Origin: a virus
Taxonomy: Duplodnaviria; Heunggongvirae; Uroviricota; Caudoviricetes
Direction: 5' to 3' (one strand)
DNA length: 64,000 nucleotides
Virus record (IMG/VR): IMGVR_UViG_3300045988_154477
A program made the translations under genes and the position numbers. Below, piece after piece: positions 51,972 to 62,246 of the stretch. Under the pieces are notes generated by a model. It saw only the letters and a list, made by a program, of their open reading frames with translations, was not told the DNA's origin and searched no databases. Every line of letters starts with the position of its first letter. Position 1 is the first letter of the stretch.

Positions 51972-52045
51972 TGAGCTGGCCTGAAGCATTTGCGATTGTA
52001 GGCGTAGCTATGGCGATTGCCGCTATTTTTATCTTCTGGGGGTAA
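51971..52045 (+). CDS. 24-aa hydrophobic peptide (candidate)
   Basis: MSWPEAFAIVGVAMAIAAIFIFWG; TAATG coupling. Confidence 0.2.
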   Translation: MSWPEAFAIVGVAMAIAAIFIFWG

Positions 52046-52047
52046 CG

Positions 52048-52281
52048 ATGGGAAAATTAACTTTTGTTGTCGAATTTGAGGATGGCAAAGAGCCACCTGT
52101 TAGCGCCAATCTTGATGTTGCTGGTGGCAGGCTGGTTTCGGTTCTATTTGGTGATTACCGCGACGACTTCTTTCAGCCTGAAGAAGTTGATGTAGTGCGA
52201 GAGGCATTAAACGAGTTAAGTGTTGATAACGATGATGCTCATGCGGAAATCATCCAAAAAATGGAACTGCTAACTCACTAA
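52048..52281 (+). CDS. small acidic protein, 77 aa
   Basis: ORF immediately after micro-ORF. Confidence 0.4.
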   Translation: MGKLTFVVEFEDGKEPPVSANLDVAGGRLVSVLFGDYRDDFFQPEEVDVVREALNELSVDNDDAHAEIIQKMELLTH

Positions 52282-52329
52282 ATTATCAATTATGGTGCTA
52301 TCACCTACGACACCGAGAGAAAATTTATA

Positions 52330-52452
52330 ATGTCAAAAGTAAATGTTTTGATTTTTTCAGCAATTGTTGGCTTTGGTTTTACTGCCGGAGTGCAGATTTA
52401 TATTACGTGGGAAAAAATCATCAACTACGCATGGAGTTGTTTTATTAAGTGA
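52330..52452 (+). CDS. 40-aa membrane peptide (candidate)
   Basis: MSKVNVLIFSAIVGFGFTAGVQIYITWEKIINYAWSCFIK; AT-rich. Confidence 0.25.
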   Translation: MSKVNVLIFSAIVGFGFTAGVQIYITWEKIINYAWSCFIK

Positions 52453-52459
52453 GGTAAGT

Positions 52460-52753
52460 ATGTGGAGAGGTAATAGTCATGGCAAAAGCCAGATGATACT
52501 TACCGAATATCAGTTTGACCATAAAACCAATAAATCACGTTCAGTATATTTGCTTCGGCACAATAGCCGCGTAAGGAATACCGTGCTGGAGCAAAATCTG
52601 ACAGTTGAAATGGATAATTACGGGGGCTTCAAGCCAACAATTTCGCTTGATGATTTTCCTCGTGGTTTAAGCGAAAGAGAAGCAATGCTGAAATTAGCAG
52701 AATGGCTACAAAGATTAAGCATTGCTATTGAAGATAACTGGTCTGAACCTTAA
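52460..52753 (+). CDS. hypothetical protein, 97 aa
   Basis: TGAGGT SD before ATG 52460; track ORF from 52364 has implausible N-terminus. Confidence 0.35.
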   Translation: MWRGNSHGKSQMILTEYQFDHKTNKSRSVYLLRHNSRVRNTVLEQNLTVEMDNYGGFKPTISLDDFPRGLSEREAMLKLAEWLQRLSIAIEDNWSEP

Positions 52754-52759
52754 ATTTAT

Positions 52760-53134
52760 ATGATGACACTAAAACATTTTCTTGACCGCCCATTATGGGC
52801 GGCAGCCGCAGGCTATGACTTTAATTATATGGATTGCATGTCTTATACTGCCAATGCATACGACCATGCGTTCAGCCTACTGTTTAATTCTTTAAGAATA
52901 TTGCCGGAAACAGAAGTTGGAGAGCTTCATTTATGGATATTGAGCTTTATCGCGGCAGTCGTTGGTATTGCTGTATGGCCTTTTATTTTCTGGCTGGTGG
53001 CTGTTGTAGTGTGGTTTAAGTGCAAGACATACCGGAGAAAGTATTTCTTAGGTGATGGAATGACCGATATTGCCAAAATGAACATTGAAAAATGGACTAA
53101 GGAATGTGAAAAGAAATGGCGCAAAAAGAAATGA
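52760..53134 (+). CDS. membrane protein with basic C-terminus, 124 aa
   Basis: TM segment LHLWILSFIAAVVGIAVWPFIFWLVAVVVWF. Confidence 0.4.
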   Translation: MMTLKHFLDRPLWAAAAGYDFNYMDCMSYTANAYDHAFSLLFNSLRILPETEVGELHLWILSFIAAVVGIAVWPFIFWLVAVVVWFKCKTYRRKYFLGDGMTDIAKMNIEKWTKECEKKWRKKK

Positions 53135-54048
53135 CCAGAATCACTGAAGAGCGTATATCAGAGATTATTTCCCGTATCGAAATGTATGGTCACGGTGCTG
53201 GATATACGGCAGATGAAGTATTGGCACTTGCCCAAATGGCTTTGGCGGCTTGCAAAGATGATAAAAAAATGAAGCTTATCGACTTGTTAGTGAAGGAGCT
53301 GCCTAAGTGCGGCGGGTGGCCTGATGGAATGAGTTATTGTTACCTACCCAGTGTCAATTTAATGGCACCATGCGCGACTTTTGCTTTTGGCTCAGACCAC
53401 AAAAAAGACACTTTCTTTGGGCGCAATTTTTGTTGTGAGATTGAGCTTCCAATTGGTGACCTTGATAGCGATGAATACCAGTCAGTTGTCACTCGCGAAC
53501 AATACGAATCAGCTCTCATAGCGTCGCAGAAAGTCGAGTTCAATGGTGATGAACTTGAAAGTAAGACTTACAGGTTGGATTTTGGGCAATGGCTGGAACA
53601 GCAACGCGGGAAAATCGATGTGGACTGTGGTTGTGTGTCCACTGAAACATTCATGCACTGGCTGCGGGTAGCTTACGAGGCTGGCAACTATCCGGATATT
53701 CCGGATAGTTCGGTGCCAGCGCCAGGAAAGGGCGTCACCGGTGAACGTATCCGAATTAAGCCGCATGTTTATCGCGAACTGGTTAACCGCCTCCACGATA
53801 CAGCGGTCAAGTGTGCTGGCACCCAGCAATTACGAGAAAGAATTAGCCGTGTTTTGGGCGACGTTATTACGCCAGATCATCATAAACAAGCCGAGAAAAG
53901 TGACCTGGAAAGGTGTCACCTTGAGGCGGCATTAAACATTAAGCCGGGGCATACGCTTGGCATTATTGATGCACTGTTGGTTCATAAGATGGCCAGGGCT
54001 TTATTGTCGTTGGTGGACGCTGGTGATACAAGCGAGGGTGAAGTATGA
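53116..54048 (+). CDS. hypothetical protein, 310 aa
   Basis: Long ORF with normal composition. Confidence 0.45.
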   Translation: MAQKEMTRITEERISEIISRIEMYGHGAGYTADEVLALAQMALAACKDDKKMKLIDLLVKELPKCGGWPDGMSYCYLPSVNLMAPCATFAFGSDHKKDTFFGRNFCCEIELPIGDLDSDEYQSVVTREQYESALIASQKVEFNGDELESKTYRLDFGQWLEQQRGKIDVDCGCVSTETFMHWLRVAYEAGNYPDIPDSSVPAPGKGVTGERIRIKPHVYRELVNRLHDTAVKCAGTQQLRERISRVLGDVITPDHHKQAEKSDLERCHLEAALNIKPGHTLGIIDALLVHKMARALLSLVDAGDTSEGEV

Positions 54049-54407
54049 GAGTTGCAGATCACATCAAACACCTTGAAAGAATTATCGAAAACGGTGAACT
54101 CTTAAGAGATCAGATGAGACGCACGGCAGAAGCCAGGGAGGCGATAATCCGCAGTCAGGCTGGTAAATTAAAGCAATTGTCAGAGATTAACACGCTATAC
54201 AAGAACAGACGTAACCGGGCGGTGATGCGGCTTCAGAAAGCACGTAATGAAATTAAATTGGTGGAGGCAAAACTGAAAAAACAGATCCAGCGTTACGATC
54301 AGCAAGATGCTTTTTATGCCGCCATCAAGGCGGCTGCTAATGAAATAGGCATCTGGAAGTTGCTGGTGGAGAAAGCAAAGACGAAGTTAAATGCCAACGA
54401 AAGCTGA
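54045..54407 (+). CDS. coiled-coil protein, 120 aa
   Basis: Heptad-rich; last gene of rightward block. Confidence 0.4.
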   Translation: MRVADHIKHLERIIENGELLRDQMRRTAEAREAIIRSQAGKLKQLSEINTLYKNRRNRAVMRLQKARNEIKLVEAKLKKQIQRYDQQDAFYAAIKAAANEIGIWKLLVEKAKTKLNANES

Positions 54408-54482
54408 ACTACAGGTGCCCACCAGCACATACAGAAAATGATTGTTTCCACATCAAGGAGATTTTAATGTTTCACTGAAACA

Positions 54483-54620
54483 TTAAGTAAGCCAGTGCAT
54501 AATTCCATTTTTTACTGACCTTAAAAGCAAAATCAAAACGATGATGAGGATAATAGCCAGAATCTGGCTAATAATAGGCGCATCTAAAAATGCACTCAGG
54601 AACTGAAAAAAAGCGTTCAT
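54483..54620 (-). CDS. 45-aa hydrophobic peptide (type I toxin-like candidate)
   Basis: AAGGAACCACCTGA then ATG; MNAFFQFLSAFLDAPIISQILAIILIIVLILLLRSVKNGIMHWLT. Confidence 0.25.
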   Translation of the reverse strand: MNAFFQFLSAFLDAPIISQILAIILIIVLILLLRSVKNGIMHWLT

Positions 54621-55482
54621 TCAGGTGGTTCCTTGTCAAATGTAAAGGTGCACTTGCTCACGTTGACGTAGAAACCCAACCCCTATATAGTTGGATTCGG
54701 TGAATGAAAGTCGTTAACGTGAGCTTACGGCACATGTTTTCGGAAAAACATCAGGGAACGGCTAATTCCTTGATGCGGGTGGGGTCTGTAATGCAGACCC
54801 TATCTATTAACGTCATGATTGCATCTCAAATTTTCTCCTTATCTTCAATTAATCTACATTCATTTCATCTGTTAGCCACCACAATATGTAGAAAATGGCC
54901 CTCTTGCAAGTGCATAACTTTGTGGATAACTCAGGAAGGAAAAAGTGGCTTTCGCGCACCTTCGGTCAGACAAGGTGTCCGGGAAAGTCAACGCAAAGAA
55001 AAAAATTGTTAAAAATAACGTTTGTTGGAATTGTATATTTTTATCCCCTTCAATGGTTAGCATTCTATTAACATCTTTTTTTAGAGACAGAAAAACATAT
55101 CGTAACAACATATATACAGTGTTAAGAGGCGAGTATTATCCTGCGGTGGGAATTCTGGGCGCTGTTAGATTCGACTTTCTCAGCAGGATTACATCGTCAA
55201 CTTGCGACGTTGCCGTATGACTTTCGTGTGATAGGTGACAATGATGCGGCTAGTGAGTTACTTGTGAAGTTTTTCGGAAAAGGTTTTGTGGCCTCGGATC
55301 TTGATGAGCTACAGCAACATGAAGTGTCTAATTTGATTTTTAGCCATAGCCAATAAGCCTCCCTCCTCCATCAAGGCCACAATTTGTGACCTTAAACAAT
55401 TTGTTTTCTGCTTTTTCTTATTTGAGAAAATAACGTTGTTGACAGCTAATAGGCTCGTTGTTGTTATACATGCCTGTATAGA

Positions 55483-55839
55483 TTATGACCGTAAATTATT
55501 AGCGGATTTTAAGCCATATTCACCGTTGTAGAAATTACTTATGTTCCACTCATTAGGAAGTTCTTTTCTGTCCAATGTATAGTGGCGCACGATATAACGA
55601 TCTTCATCTTCTTCGATGGACAGGCGGACATAGCCAATGTGAATCACCGATACGGGCGGTGTTCGTATTGCATAGATGTCGCGGAGATATACCGGCAGCT
55701 CGACAAATGCATCAGGTGCATCTGTGATGCTCGTTTTTTCACAGTATTCATATAACGCATCGTTGATATCGTTAAGAGATTCATGATCGTATATTTCCAG
55801 GTAATTACCGCGATAGCGATGGTACTCGACTTTAGCCAT
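55483..55839 (-). CDS. hypothetical protein, 118 aa
   Basis: ORF coupled to upstream gene. Confidence 0.4.
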   Translation of the reverse strand: MAKVEYHRYRGNYLEIYDHESLNDINDALYEYCEKTSITDAPDAFVELPVYLRDIYAIRTPPVSVIHIGYVRLSIEEDEDRYIVRHYTLDRKELPNEWNISNFYNGEYGLKSANNLRS

Positions 55840-56154
55840 TCAAAATCCCCTGTTATCGTTTTGCATTTCTCTAATCCGGTTCAGAACTACTTCGTGCTGG
55901 ACTTGGATAGCGGCTTTTTCGTTTTCAAGCCGGGCAATAGACATCTCTAATTCTTTGCTGTACCAGGCGAGCCGGGCCAGGTTCATCCGGTTGTGGTCGA
56001 GAGTTGGAGACACTTCGACGCGATCCCTTTCTTCCTGCTTTAATGAGAAGAGATTCATCTCATCCCTTGAGGAAAATTCAGCAACAATTTCTTGTTGATG
56101 ATCCGGTCGCTGCGGCATCCTCGCCAGTATAAATGGCGGTTCTTTTGAAAACAT
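55840..56154 (-). CDS. hypothetical protein, 104 aa (possible pol III theta homolog)
   Basis: Position matches P1 hot; weak resemblance to HolE only. Confidence 0.3.
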   Translation of the reverse strand: MFSKEPPFILARMPQRPDHQQEIVAEFSSRDEMNLFSLKQEERDRVEVSPTLDHNRMNLARLAWYSKELEMSIARLENEKAAIQVQHEVVLNRIREMQNDNRGF

Positions 56155-56208
56155 GAATGTCGGTTCAGACCGTGTTTTTACCCAGCTTGCCTGCTGTCTT
56201 TCGGCAAG

Positions 56209-56424
56209 TTAACAGGCTTCATCATAGTTATCTGCCAAACAAAGCACGGATGGACGGTCCCACGCCCCACCATTCAGACAATAAACTACAATTTTCCCGT
56301 CAGGTTGTGTAACCCCATATGGATGGTCCCACCAGGCGTCCAGCTGAGTTTTAGAGCGTTTCTCGTTAGGAGTGCAGTCAAAATTTTTGGGCAATACAGG
56401 ATCGAGAGGAATGCGATTAGGCAT
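56209..56424 (-). CDS. small hypothetical protein, 71 aa
   Basis: Divergent from humD. Confidence 0.35.
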   Translation of the reverse strand: MPNRIPLDPVLPKNFDCTPNEKRSKTQLDAWWDHPYGVTQPDGKIVVYCLNGGAWDRPSVLCLADNYDEAC

Positions 56425-56559
56425 AGCTAATTCCTTATTAACTGATTGGCAACGAGGTTACGCTGATCCGTTGGTGATGAATAGTAGCAAAGAGCACAAA
56501 ATCATCAGCGGTGGTTGATGTACGTAACGCGTTTGCACCAAAGGTGTCTCTTTAATGTA

Positions 56560-56579
56560 TACTGTATAAATGAACAGTA
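56560..56579. promoter_or_regulatory. LexA (SOS) box
   Basis: TACTGTATAAATGAACAGTA matches CTGT-N8-ACAG, 20 nt upstream of humD. Confidence 0.6.
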
Positions 56580-56598
56580 TTATTGGGGTGAAAACGCT

Positions 56599-56988
56599 AT
56601 GGGCTTCCCTTCTCCTGCGGCGGATTATGTTGAAAGCCGAATTTCTCTTGATCAGCAACTAATCAGGCATCCATCAGCAACCTACTTCATGCGGGCAGCT
56701 GATAGCCATCACCGTGAGGGAATATTGCAGGGTGCTTTGCTGGTGGTTGATTCCTCGCTTACTCCGGTTGATGGTTCTCTGCTTGTGTGCGCTATGGAGG
56801 GTGAATATCGCATAAAGAGATACAGGAAGTATCCGCGCCAGCACCTGGAGGATTTAAGCACCGGGAAGAAAGAGGCGTTACCAGTAGATGACGATGGATG
56901 CACGGGCAGTAATGCTGTTTTTGGTGTGATCACTCATGTCATCAATGATGCCCGAAGTGGGGAGTTTGATGATTGTCCGGTTATTTAA
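56599..56988 (+). CDS. humD: UmuD'-like protein HumD
   Basis: Family-like MGFPSPAADYVE...; starts without UmuD N-terminal arm. Confidence 0.65.
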   Translation: MGFPSPAADYVESRISLDQQLIRHPSATYFMRAADSHHREGILQGALLVVDSSLTPVDGSLLVCAMEGEYRIKRYRKYPRQHLEDLSTGKKEALPVDDDGCTGSNAVFGVITHVINDARSGEFDDCPVI

Positions 56989-57028
56989 GCTGCAAAGGGC
57001 TGGTGCTTTATGCCTGTGAGGTTTATGA

Positions 57029-57054
57029 TTGTGTACACATAACGAGTACACGAG
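57029..57054 (+). promoter_or_regulatory. phd-doc promoter/operator palindromes
   Basis: TTGTGTACACATAACGAGTACACGAG before phd. Confidence 0.45.
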
Positions 57055-57060
57055 GTGTTT

Positions 57061-57282
57061 ATGCAATCCATTAACTTCCGTACCGCGCGCGGCAACCTTT
57101 CTGAAGTGCTCAACAATGTTGAAGCCGGGGAAGAGGTTGAAATCACCCGCAGAGGCCGTGAGCCAGCAGTAATTGTCAGCAAGGCTACTTTCGAAGCCTA
57201 CAAAAAAGCGGCGCTGGATGCTGAATTTGCATCCCTGTTTGACACCCTGGACTCCACCAACAAGGAACTGGTTAACCGATAA
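57061..57282 (+). CDS. phd: antitoxin Phd, 73 aa
   Basis: [39 protein letters not shown]... matches recalled P1 Phd. Confidence 0.9.
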   Translation: MQSINFRTARGNLSEVLNNVEAGEEVEITRRGREPAVIVSKATFEAYKKAALDAEFASLFDTLDSTNKELVNR

Positions 57283-57662
57283 TGAGGCATATATCACCGG
57301 AAGAACTTATTGCGCTTCATGATGCGAATATAAACCGCTACGGCGGCCTGCCTGGCATGTCAGATCCGGGCAGGGCAGAGGCCATTATCGGGAGAGTCCA
57401 GGCCAGAGTTGTGTACGAAGAGATTACCGACCTTTTCGAAGTCTCCGCAACCTACCTGGTGGCTACTGCGAGAGGGCATATATTCAATGATGCCAATAAG
57501 CGTACCGCGCTAAACAGTGCGCTGTTATTTCTACGCCGTAACGGGGTGCAGGTATTTGATTCACCTGAACTGGCAGACCTTACCGTAGGGGCTGCGACCG
57601 GAGAGATATCTGTATCTTCTGTCGCCGACACGTTACGTAGATTGTATGGTTCCGCAGAGTAG
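57282..57662 (+). CDS. doc: toxin Doc (Fic-fold kinase), 126 aa
   Basis: Overlapping start (TAATG); Fic-like [11 protein letters not shown] motif. Confidence 0.9.
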   Translation: MRHISPEELIALHDANINRYGGLPGMSDPGRAEAIIGRVQARVVYEEITDLFEVSATYLVATARGHIFNDANKRTALNSALLFLRRNGVQVFDSPELADLTVGAATGEISVSSVADTLRRLYGSAE

Positions 57663-57666
57663 ATTA

Positions 57667-57846
57667 ATGGCACGTAAATACAACAAATTGTCCCGTGAAG
57701 CGTTAAAGATGCTTCTTGATGGCGTGAGTCGCCGCGAGGTAAAGCAATACCTGGTTGGTAAGCAAATTGGTGCCAGGACCGCTATTGCTGTGTTATGCCG
57801 TCAGGAAATGGTTGTGCTTAAACAGAGAATGCCGGGCAGCAGATAA
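57667..57846 (+). CDS. small protein downstream of doc (pdcA position)
   Basis: 59-aa ORF from ATG 57667. Confidence 0.3.
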   Translation: MARKYNKLSREALKMLLDGVSRREVKQYLVGKQIGARTAIAVLCRQEMVVLKQRMPGSR

Positions 57847-57873
57847 AGCCCAATCAGTGATGAAAGGTGTGAT

Positions 57874-58917
57874 GTGAAAGCCGTAATTACTCCCTTTGTA
57901 CAAAAAGAGCTTGGCGTCGCCACATTCAAAGTGGATCAGGAAGTCAGAAAGCTGGTGGAGGCTGGCCGTAAATTTATTATGGAGCCGGTGCCGCGTGAGT
58001 TAATCGAGCACATGGACGACGGCCTCGTTGTTTCCGAGCAGACTATGGCAACAAATGAGGCGTTGCAGCCGTTTTTTAACAGCGATGAACTGTTTCGCCG
58101 TATTGGTGGAATTGACGCGCTGGTGGCGTGGTTGCGTAGGAAAGAGGGTCAATGCCAGGCCGCAGATCGTAGTTGGTGTGACAACCATATTGTCCACGCT
58201 GAACGAGACAATAGCGCGGTGTTGTTGTGCTGGCATCACGATAACCATTACCGGATGCGTGGTTTTAATGAGCTGAAAGAAACGCTGCATAATAATCGCG
58301 TTAACTGGATACTGGATGTCGCCCGTCAGGAAATGGGGCTTTCAGATGGCCATGATTTAAGTATTCAGGAACTGTGCTGGTGGGCTTTCATGCGCAACAT
58401 GATGCACCTGATGCCGGAAGAAGTTTGCCGTATATCAATAAATAAGATGAAAGCCGCAACGCAGGATAGCGGACCTCTGAAAGAGGCGGATATTCGCCCG
58501 TATGACGATCGCGCTACAGCATATGTTCAGATGATGGAAGAACGCGCCGCGCCGATGCGTGCAAAAGTATGCCCTGTGGATGTTGACTCCGACCCTGGCA
58601 TGGCGCATTTTAAAATACCAAAACTTCAATCGCTAAAATTGCCCGAGTACATGGATTTTGTGGCTTCCCGTCCATGCTGTGGCTGTGGAGCTGCGGGAGC
58701 TGGCGCTCACATTACGCCTTATATCGTTCGTCATAGTCGATTATGCGCGCATGACATTTATGCTATTCCTCTGTGCCAGTCATGCCAGCGTGATATTGAG
58801 CGTGACCGCGATAATTGGGAGAAGACGCACGGTAGGCTGGCGATGCATCAACGATTGTTCTTTGATTACGCGCTTGGAGTCGGCGCTATCACAAGTCATT
58901 CGTCGAGCGTTAGATAA
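57874..58917 (+). CDS. Cys-rich protein downstream of doc (pdcB position), 347 aa
   Basis: [31 protein letters not shown]. Confidence 0.4.
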   Translation: MKAVITPFVQKELGVATFKVDQEVRKLVEAGRKFIMEPVPRELIEHMDDGLVVSEQTMATNEALQPFFNSDELFRRIGGIDALVAWLRRKEGQCQAADRSWCDNHIVHAERDNSAVLLCWHHDNHYRMRGFNELKETLHNNRVNWILDVARQEMGLSDGHDLSIQELCWWAFMRNMMHLMPEEVCRISINKMKAATQDSGPLKEADIRPYDDRATAYVQMMEERAAPMRAKVCPVDVDSDPGMAHFKIPKLQSLKLPEYMDFVASRPCCGCGAAGAGAHITPYIVRHSRLCAHDIYAIPLCQSCQRDIERDRDNWEKTHGRLAMHQRLFFDYALGVGAITSHSSSVR

Positions 58918-58918
58918 A

Positions 58919-58935
58919 ATTGCTCTAATGTATTG
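58919..58935 (+). promoter_or_regulatory. C1 operator-like site before lpa
   Basis: ATTGCTCTAATGTATTG, 14/17. Confidence 0.4.
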
Positions 58936-59005
58936 CTATTTCTTTAATCGAGGGTATTATATTCGACGTTGATTAGTTGACATGGGCTAATCAGTAGGTG
59001 ACAGG

Positions 59006-59458
59006 ATGTTACTTAACTGGCAGGGACGCCACTTCATGGAAATAAATCACTCACGAATAACATCGTACGAGATTGCGGATTACATGATCCGCACTAAATC
59101 TCTTCTATCAGCGAAAGAACTCGCAGCAATTCTTGAAAAGGAATACCCGCATCTGGATGTCGATAAGCGCGATGTTTATCTGCGCTTAAAGGCTATCGCT
59201 GTGTCTAAGTATTCGTCTGTTTTGATTGATGACAGTACACGCCCACGTAGATTTCAGATCCACTCTCTGAATCCTGAATTCTTTCGCCGCAGCCGCGCTC
59301 CGCGCCGGTTTGATGAAAAACTCCAGAACGAACTCTATATGACGCAGGACGAAAAGGAACGCCGGGAGCACCAGCCTTGGGTGATGGCGCGTCAACTTTT
59401 CAATAAGGTGGTCCGTCAGCACCGTCATTACGGTAATGCCACATCCGCACGTATCTGA
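59006..59458 (+). CDS. lpa: late promoter activator Lpa (gene 10 position), 150 aa
   Basis: ORF between operator and pacA; alternative ATG 59036. Confidence 0.45.
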   Translation: MLLNWQGRHFMEINHSRITSYEIADYMIRTKSLLSAKELAAILEKEYPHLDVDKRDVYLRLKAIAVSKYSSVLIDDSTRPRRFQIHSLNPEFFRRSRAPRRFDEKLQNELYMTQDEKERREHQPWVMARQLFNKVVRQHRHYGNATSARI

Positions 59459-59487
59459 TTGATTGCTTGCCCGTTCCGGGCCTTTTG

Positions 59488-59508
59488 ACATGTGACTTTC
59501 GTTACCCT
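59488..59508 (+). promoter_or_regulatory. weaker candidate late promoter before pacA
   Basis: ACATGTGACTTTCGTTACCCT: half-palindrome GTGACTT, 4 nt, TACCCT. Confidence 0.3.
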
Positions 59509-59544
59509 CGCGTCAAAAAGAGTTTTATACGAAAGGAAGCATAA

Positions 59545-60738
59545 GTGACCTGGGACGATCACAAGAAGAATTTTGCTCGCCTGGCGCGAGATGGTGGTTA
59601 CACCATCGCACAGTATGCCGCCGAGTTTAATCTTAACCCTAATACCGCACGTCGTTATCTCCGTGCCTTCAAAGAAGACACCAGGACAGCGGACAGCCGC
59701 AAGCCAAATAAGCCAGTCAGGAAGCCTCTAAAAAGCATGATCATTGATCACGCTAATGATCAACGTGCAGGTGATCACATTGTGGCTGAAATGGCTGAAA
59801 AACAAAGAGTTAATGCTGTTGTCAGTGCCGCAGTCGAGAACGCTAAGCGCCAAAATAAGCGCATAAATGATCGTTCTGATGATCATGACGTGATCACCCG
59901 CGCCCACCGTACCTTACGTGATCGCCTGGAACGCGACACCCTGGATGATGATGGTGAACGCTTTGAATTCGAAGCTGGCGATTACCTGATAGATAACGTT
60001 GAAGCGCGGAAGGCCGCGCGCGCTATGTTGCGTCGGTCCGGGGCCGATGTTCTGGAAACCACTCTTCTGGAAAAGTCTCTTTCTCATCTCCTTATGCTGG
60101 AGAACGCCAGGGATACGTGTATTCGTCTGGTGCAGGAAATGCGCGATCAGCAAAAAGACGATGATGAAGGTACTCCGCCTGAATACCGTATCGCGAGCAT
60201 GCTAAACAGCTGTTCCGCGCAGATAAGCAGCCTGATCAACACCATTTACAGCATCCGGAATAACTATCGAAAAGAAAGCCGGGAGGCGGAAAAGCACGCT
60301 TTGTCTATGGGGCAAGCTGGCATTGTTAAGCTGGCATACGAACGAAAGCGTGAAAATAACTGGTCAGTGCTGGAAGCAGCTGAATTCATCGAGGCGCATG
60401 GCGGGAAAGTGCCGCCCCTGATGCTGGAGCAAATCAAAGCCGATCTGCGTGCTCCGAAGACCAATACCGATGATGAGGAAAGGCAAACAGCCGTCGGTGG
60501 CCCTTCTCTTGAAGATCTGGACAAAGTTGCGCGAGAACGGGCCGCCAACCGCCGCGCCGATGCCGCATTGTGGATTGAGCAGCGTAGGGAAGAAATCGCC
60601 GATATCGTTGATACAGGCGGTTATGGAGATGTTGATACTGAAGGTGTATCAAACGAACCATGGCTGGAACAAGACCTGGACGAAGACGAGGAGGAAGACG
60701 AAGAAGTTACCCGCAAGCTATACGGGGATGATGATTAA
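59545..60738 (+). CDS. pacA: terminase small subunit PacA
   Basis: GTG start; N-terminus [19 protein letters not shown]; contains pac hexamers; acidic C-terminus. Confidence 0.75.
   Translation: MTWDDHKKNFARLARDGGYTIAQYAAEFNLNPNTARRYLRAFKEDTRTADSRKPNKPVRKPLKSMIIDHANDQRAGDHIVAEMAEKQRVNAVVSAAVENAKRQNKRINDRSDDHDVITRAHRTLRDRLERDTLDDDGERFEFEAGDYLIDNVEARKAARAMLRRSGADVLETTLLEKSLSHLLMLENARDTCIRLVQEMRDQQKDDDEGTPPEYRIASMLNSCSAQISSLINTIYSIRNNYRKESREAEKHALSMGQAGIVKLAYERKRENNWSVLEAAEFIEAHGGKVPPLMLEQIKADLRAPKTNTDDEERQTAVGGPSLEDLDKVARERAANRRADAALWIEQRREEIADIVDTGGYGDVDTEGVSNEPWLEQDLDEDEEEDEEVTRKLYGDDD
59738..59896. other. pac packaging site
   Basis: Four TGATCA (59738-59777) and three TGATC(A/G) (59868-59896) flanking about 90 bp. 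Confidence 0.65.
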
Positions 60739-62222
60739 TGGCCAGAAGTTGCGTAACGGATCCACGTTGGCGCGAGCTGGTGGCGCTATATCGTTATGAC
60801 TGGATTGCGGCCGCTGATGTTTTGTTCGGCAAAACACCTACCTGGCAGCAGGATCTGATTATTGAGTCTGTGCAGGAACAGGGTAGCAAGACATCTGTTT
60901 CGTCTGGCCACGGTACCGGGAAATCAGACATGACTTCTATCATGATCATGTTGTTCATAATCATGTATCCCGGTGCCCGAGCCATTATCGTTGCGAACAA
61001 AATTCAGCAGGTAATGACCGGTATATTCAAGTACATCAAGATAAACTGGGCTACTGCCACCAGCCGTTTTCCATGGCTTGCTGATTATTTTGTTCTGACA
61101 GAAACCGCTTTCTATGAGGTTACTGGTAAAGGTGTATGGACTGTAGTACCGAAGGGCTTTCGTCTGGGAAGTGAAGAAGCTCTCGCCGGTGAACACGCAG
61201 ATCATCTTCTGTATATTATCGATGAAGCCTCCGGTGTCAGTGATAGAGCTTTCGGTATCATCACCGGTGCTCTTACCGGACAGGATAACCGCATCTTATT
61301 GCTGTCACAGCCTACACGCCCAAGCGGCTATTTCTACGATACACACCATAAACTGGCCAAGCGTCCTGGTAACCCTGATGGCGTTTATACGGCGATCACG
61401 CTTAACAGTGAGGAATCACCGCTGGTAACGCCAGCATTTATCAAAATGAAGCTGGCGGAGTACGGCGGGCGCGATAACCCTATGTACATGATTAAGGTAC
61501 GCGGCCTATTCCCTAAATCACAGGATGGCTTCCTTCTTGGACGTGATGAGGTTGAACGTGCAACGCGGCGGAAAGTCAAGATTGCCAAAGGATGGGGCTG
61601 GCTTGCATGTGTGGACGTTGCTGGTGGTACGGGAAGGGATAAGTCCGTTATCAATATCATGATGGTGTCCGGCCAGCGAAACAAACGCCGTGTAATCAAC
61701 TATCGAATGCTGGAATACACAGACGTTACAGAAACGCAGCTTGCCGCCAAAATTTTCGCAGAATGTAATCCTGAGCGATTCCCAAATATCACCATAGCGA
61801 TAGACGGTGATGGGCTGGGTAAAGCAACGGCGGATCTGATGTACGAGTATTATGGTATTACCGTACAGCGTATACGCTGGGGTAAAAAGATGCATAGCCG
61901 TGAAGATAAGAGCCTGTACTTTGATAAACGTGCTTATGCCAACGTTCAAGCCGCAGAGGCCGTAAAATCTGGTCGTATGAGACTGGATAAGGGTAATGAA
62001 ACTATTGAGGAAGCGTCGAAAATCCCTGTAGGGATTAACTCCGCAGGTCAATGGAAGGTGATGAGTAAGGAGGATATGAAGAAAAAACTCAACCTGCACT
62101 CACCAGACCATTGGGATACATATTGTTTCGCTATGCTGGCGGATTATGTTCCCCAGGATGAAGTGCTTAGCGTCGAAGACGAAGCGCAGGTTGATGAAGC
62201 TCTGGCATGGCTTAATGAATAA
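60738..62222 (+). CDS. pacB: terminase large subunit PacB
   Basis: Walker [10 protein letters not shown], Walker [11 protein letters not shown]; coupled to pacA. Confidence 0.8.
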   Translation: MARSCVTDPRWRELVALYRYDWIAAADVLFGKTPTWQQDLIIESVQEQGSKTSVSSGHGTGKSDMTSIMIMLFIIMYPGARAIIVANKIQQVMTGIFKYIKINWATATSRFPWLADYFVLTETAFYEVTGKGVWTVVPKGFRLGSEEALAGEHADHLLYIIDEASGVSDRAFGIITGALTGQDNRILLLSQPTRPSGYFYDTHHKLAKRPGNPDGVYTAITLNSEESPLVTPAFIKMKLAEYGGRDNPMYMIKVRGLFPKSQDGFLLGRDEVERATRRKVKIAKGWGWLACVDVAGGTGRDKSVINIMMVSGQRNKRRVINYRMLEYTDVTETQLAAKIFAECNPERFPNITIAIDGDGLGKATADLMYEYYGITVQRIRWGKKMHSREDKSLYFDKRAYANVQAAEAVKSGRMRLDKGNETIEEASKIPVGINSAGQWKVMSKEDMKKKLNLHSPDHWDTYCFAMLADYVPQDEVLSVEDEAQVDEALAWLNE

Positions 62223-62246
62223 CTCATTGACCATGCCGGATAGAAA

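Noticed and set aside
54704-55012. 102-aa plus-strand ORF in the AT-rich island
   Set aside because: Ser/Leu/Cys-rich low-complexity translation with no RBS; region treated as non-coding/regulatory.
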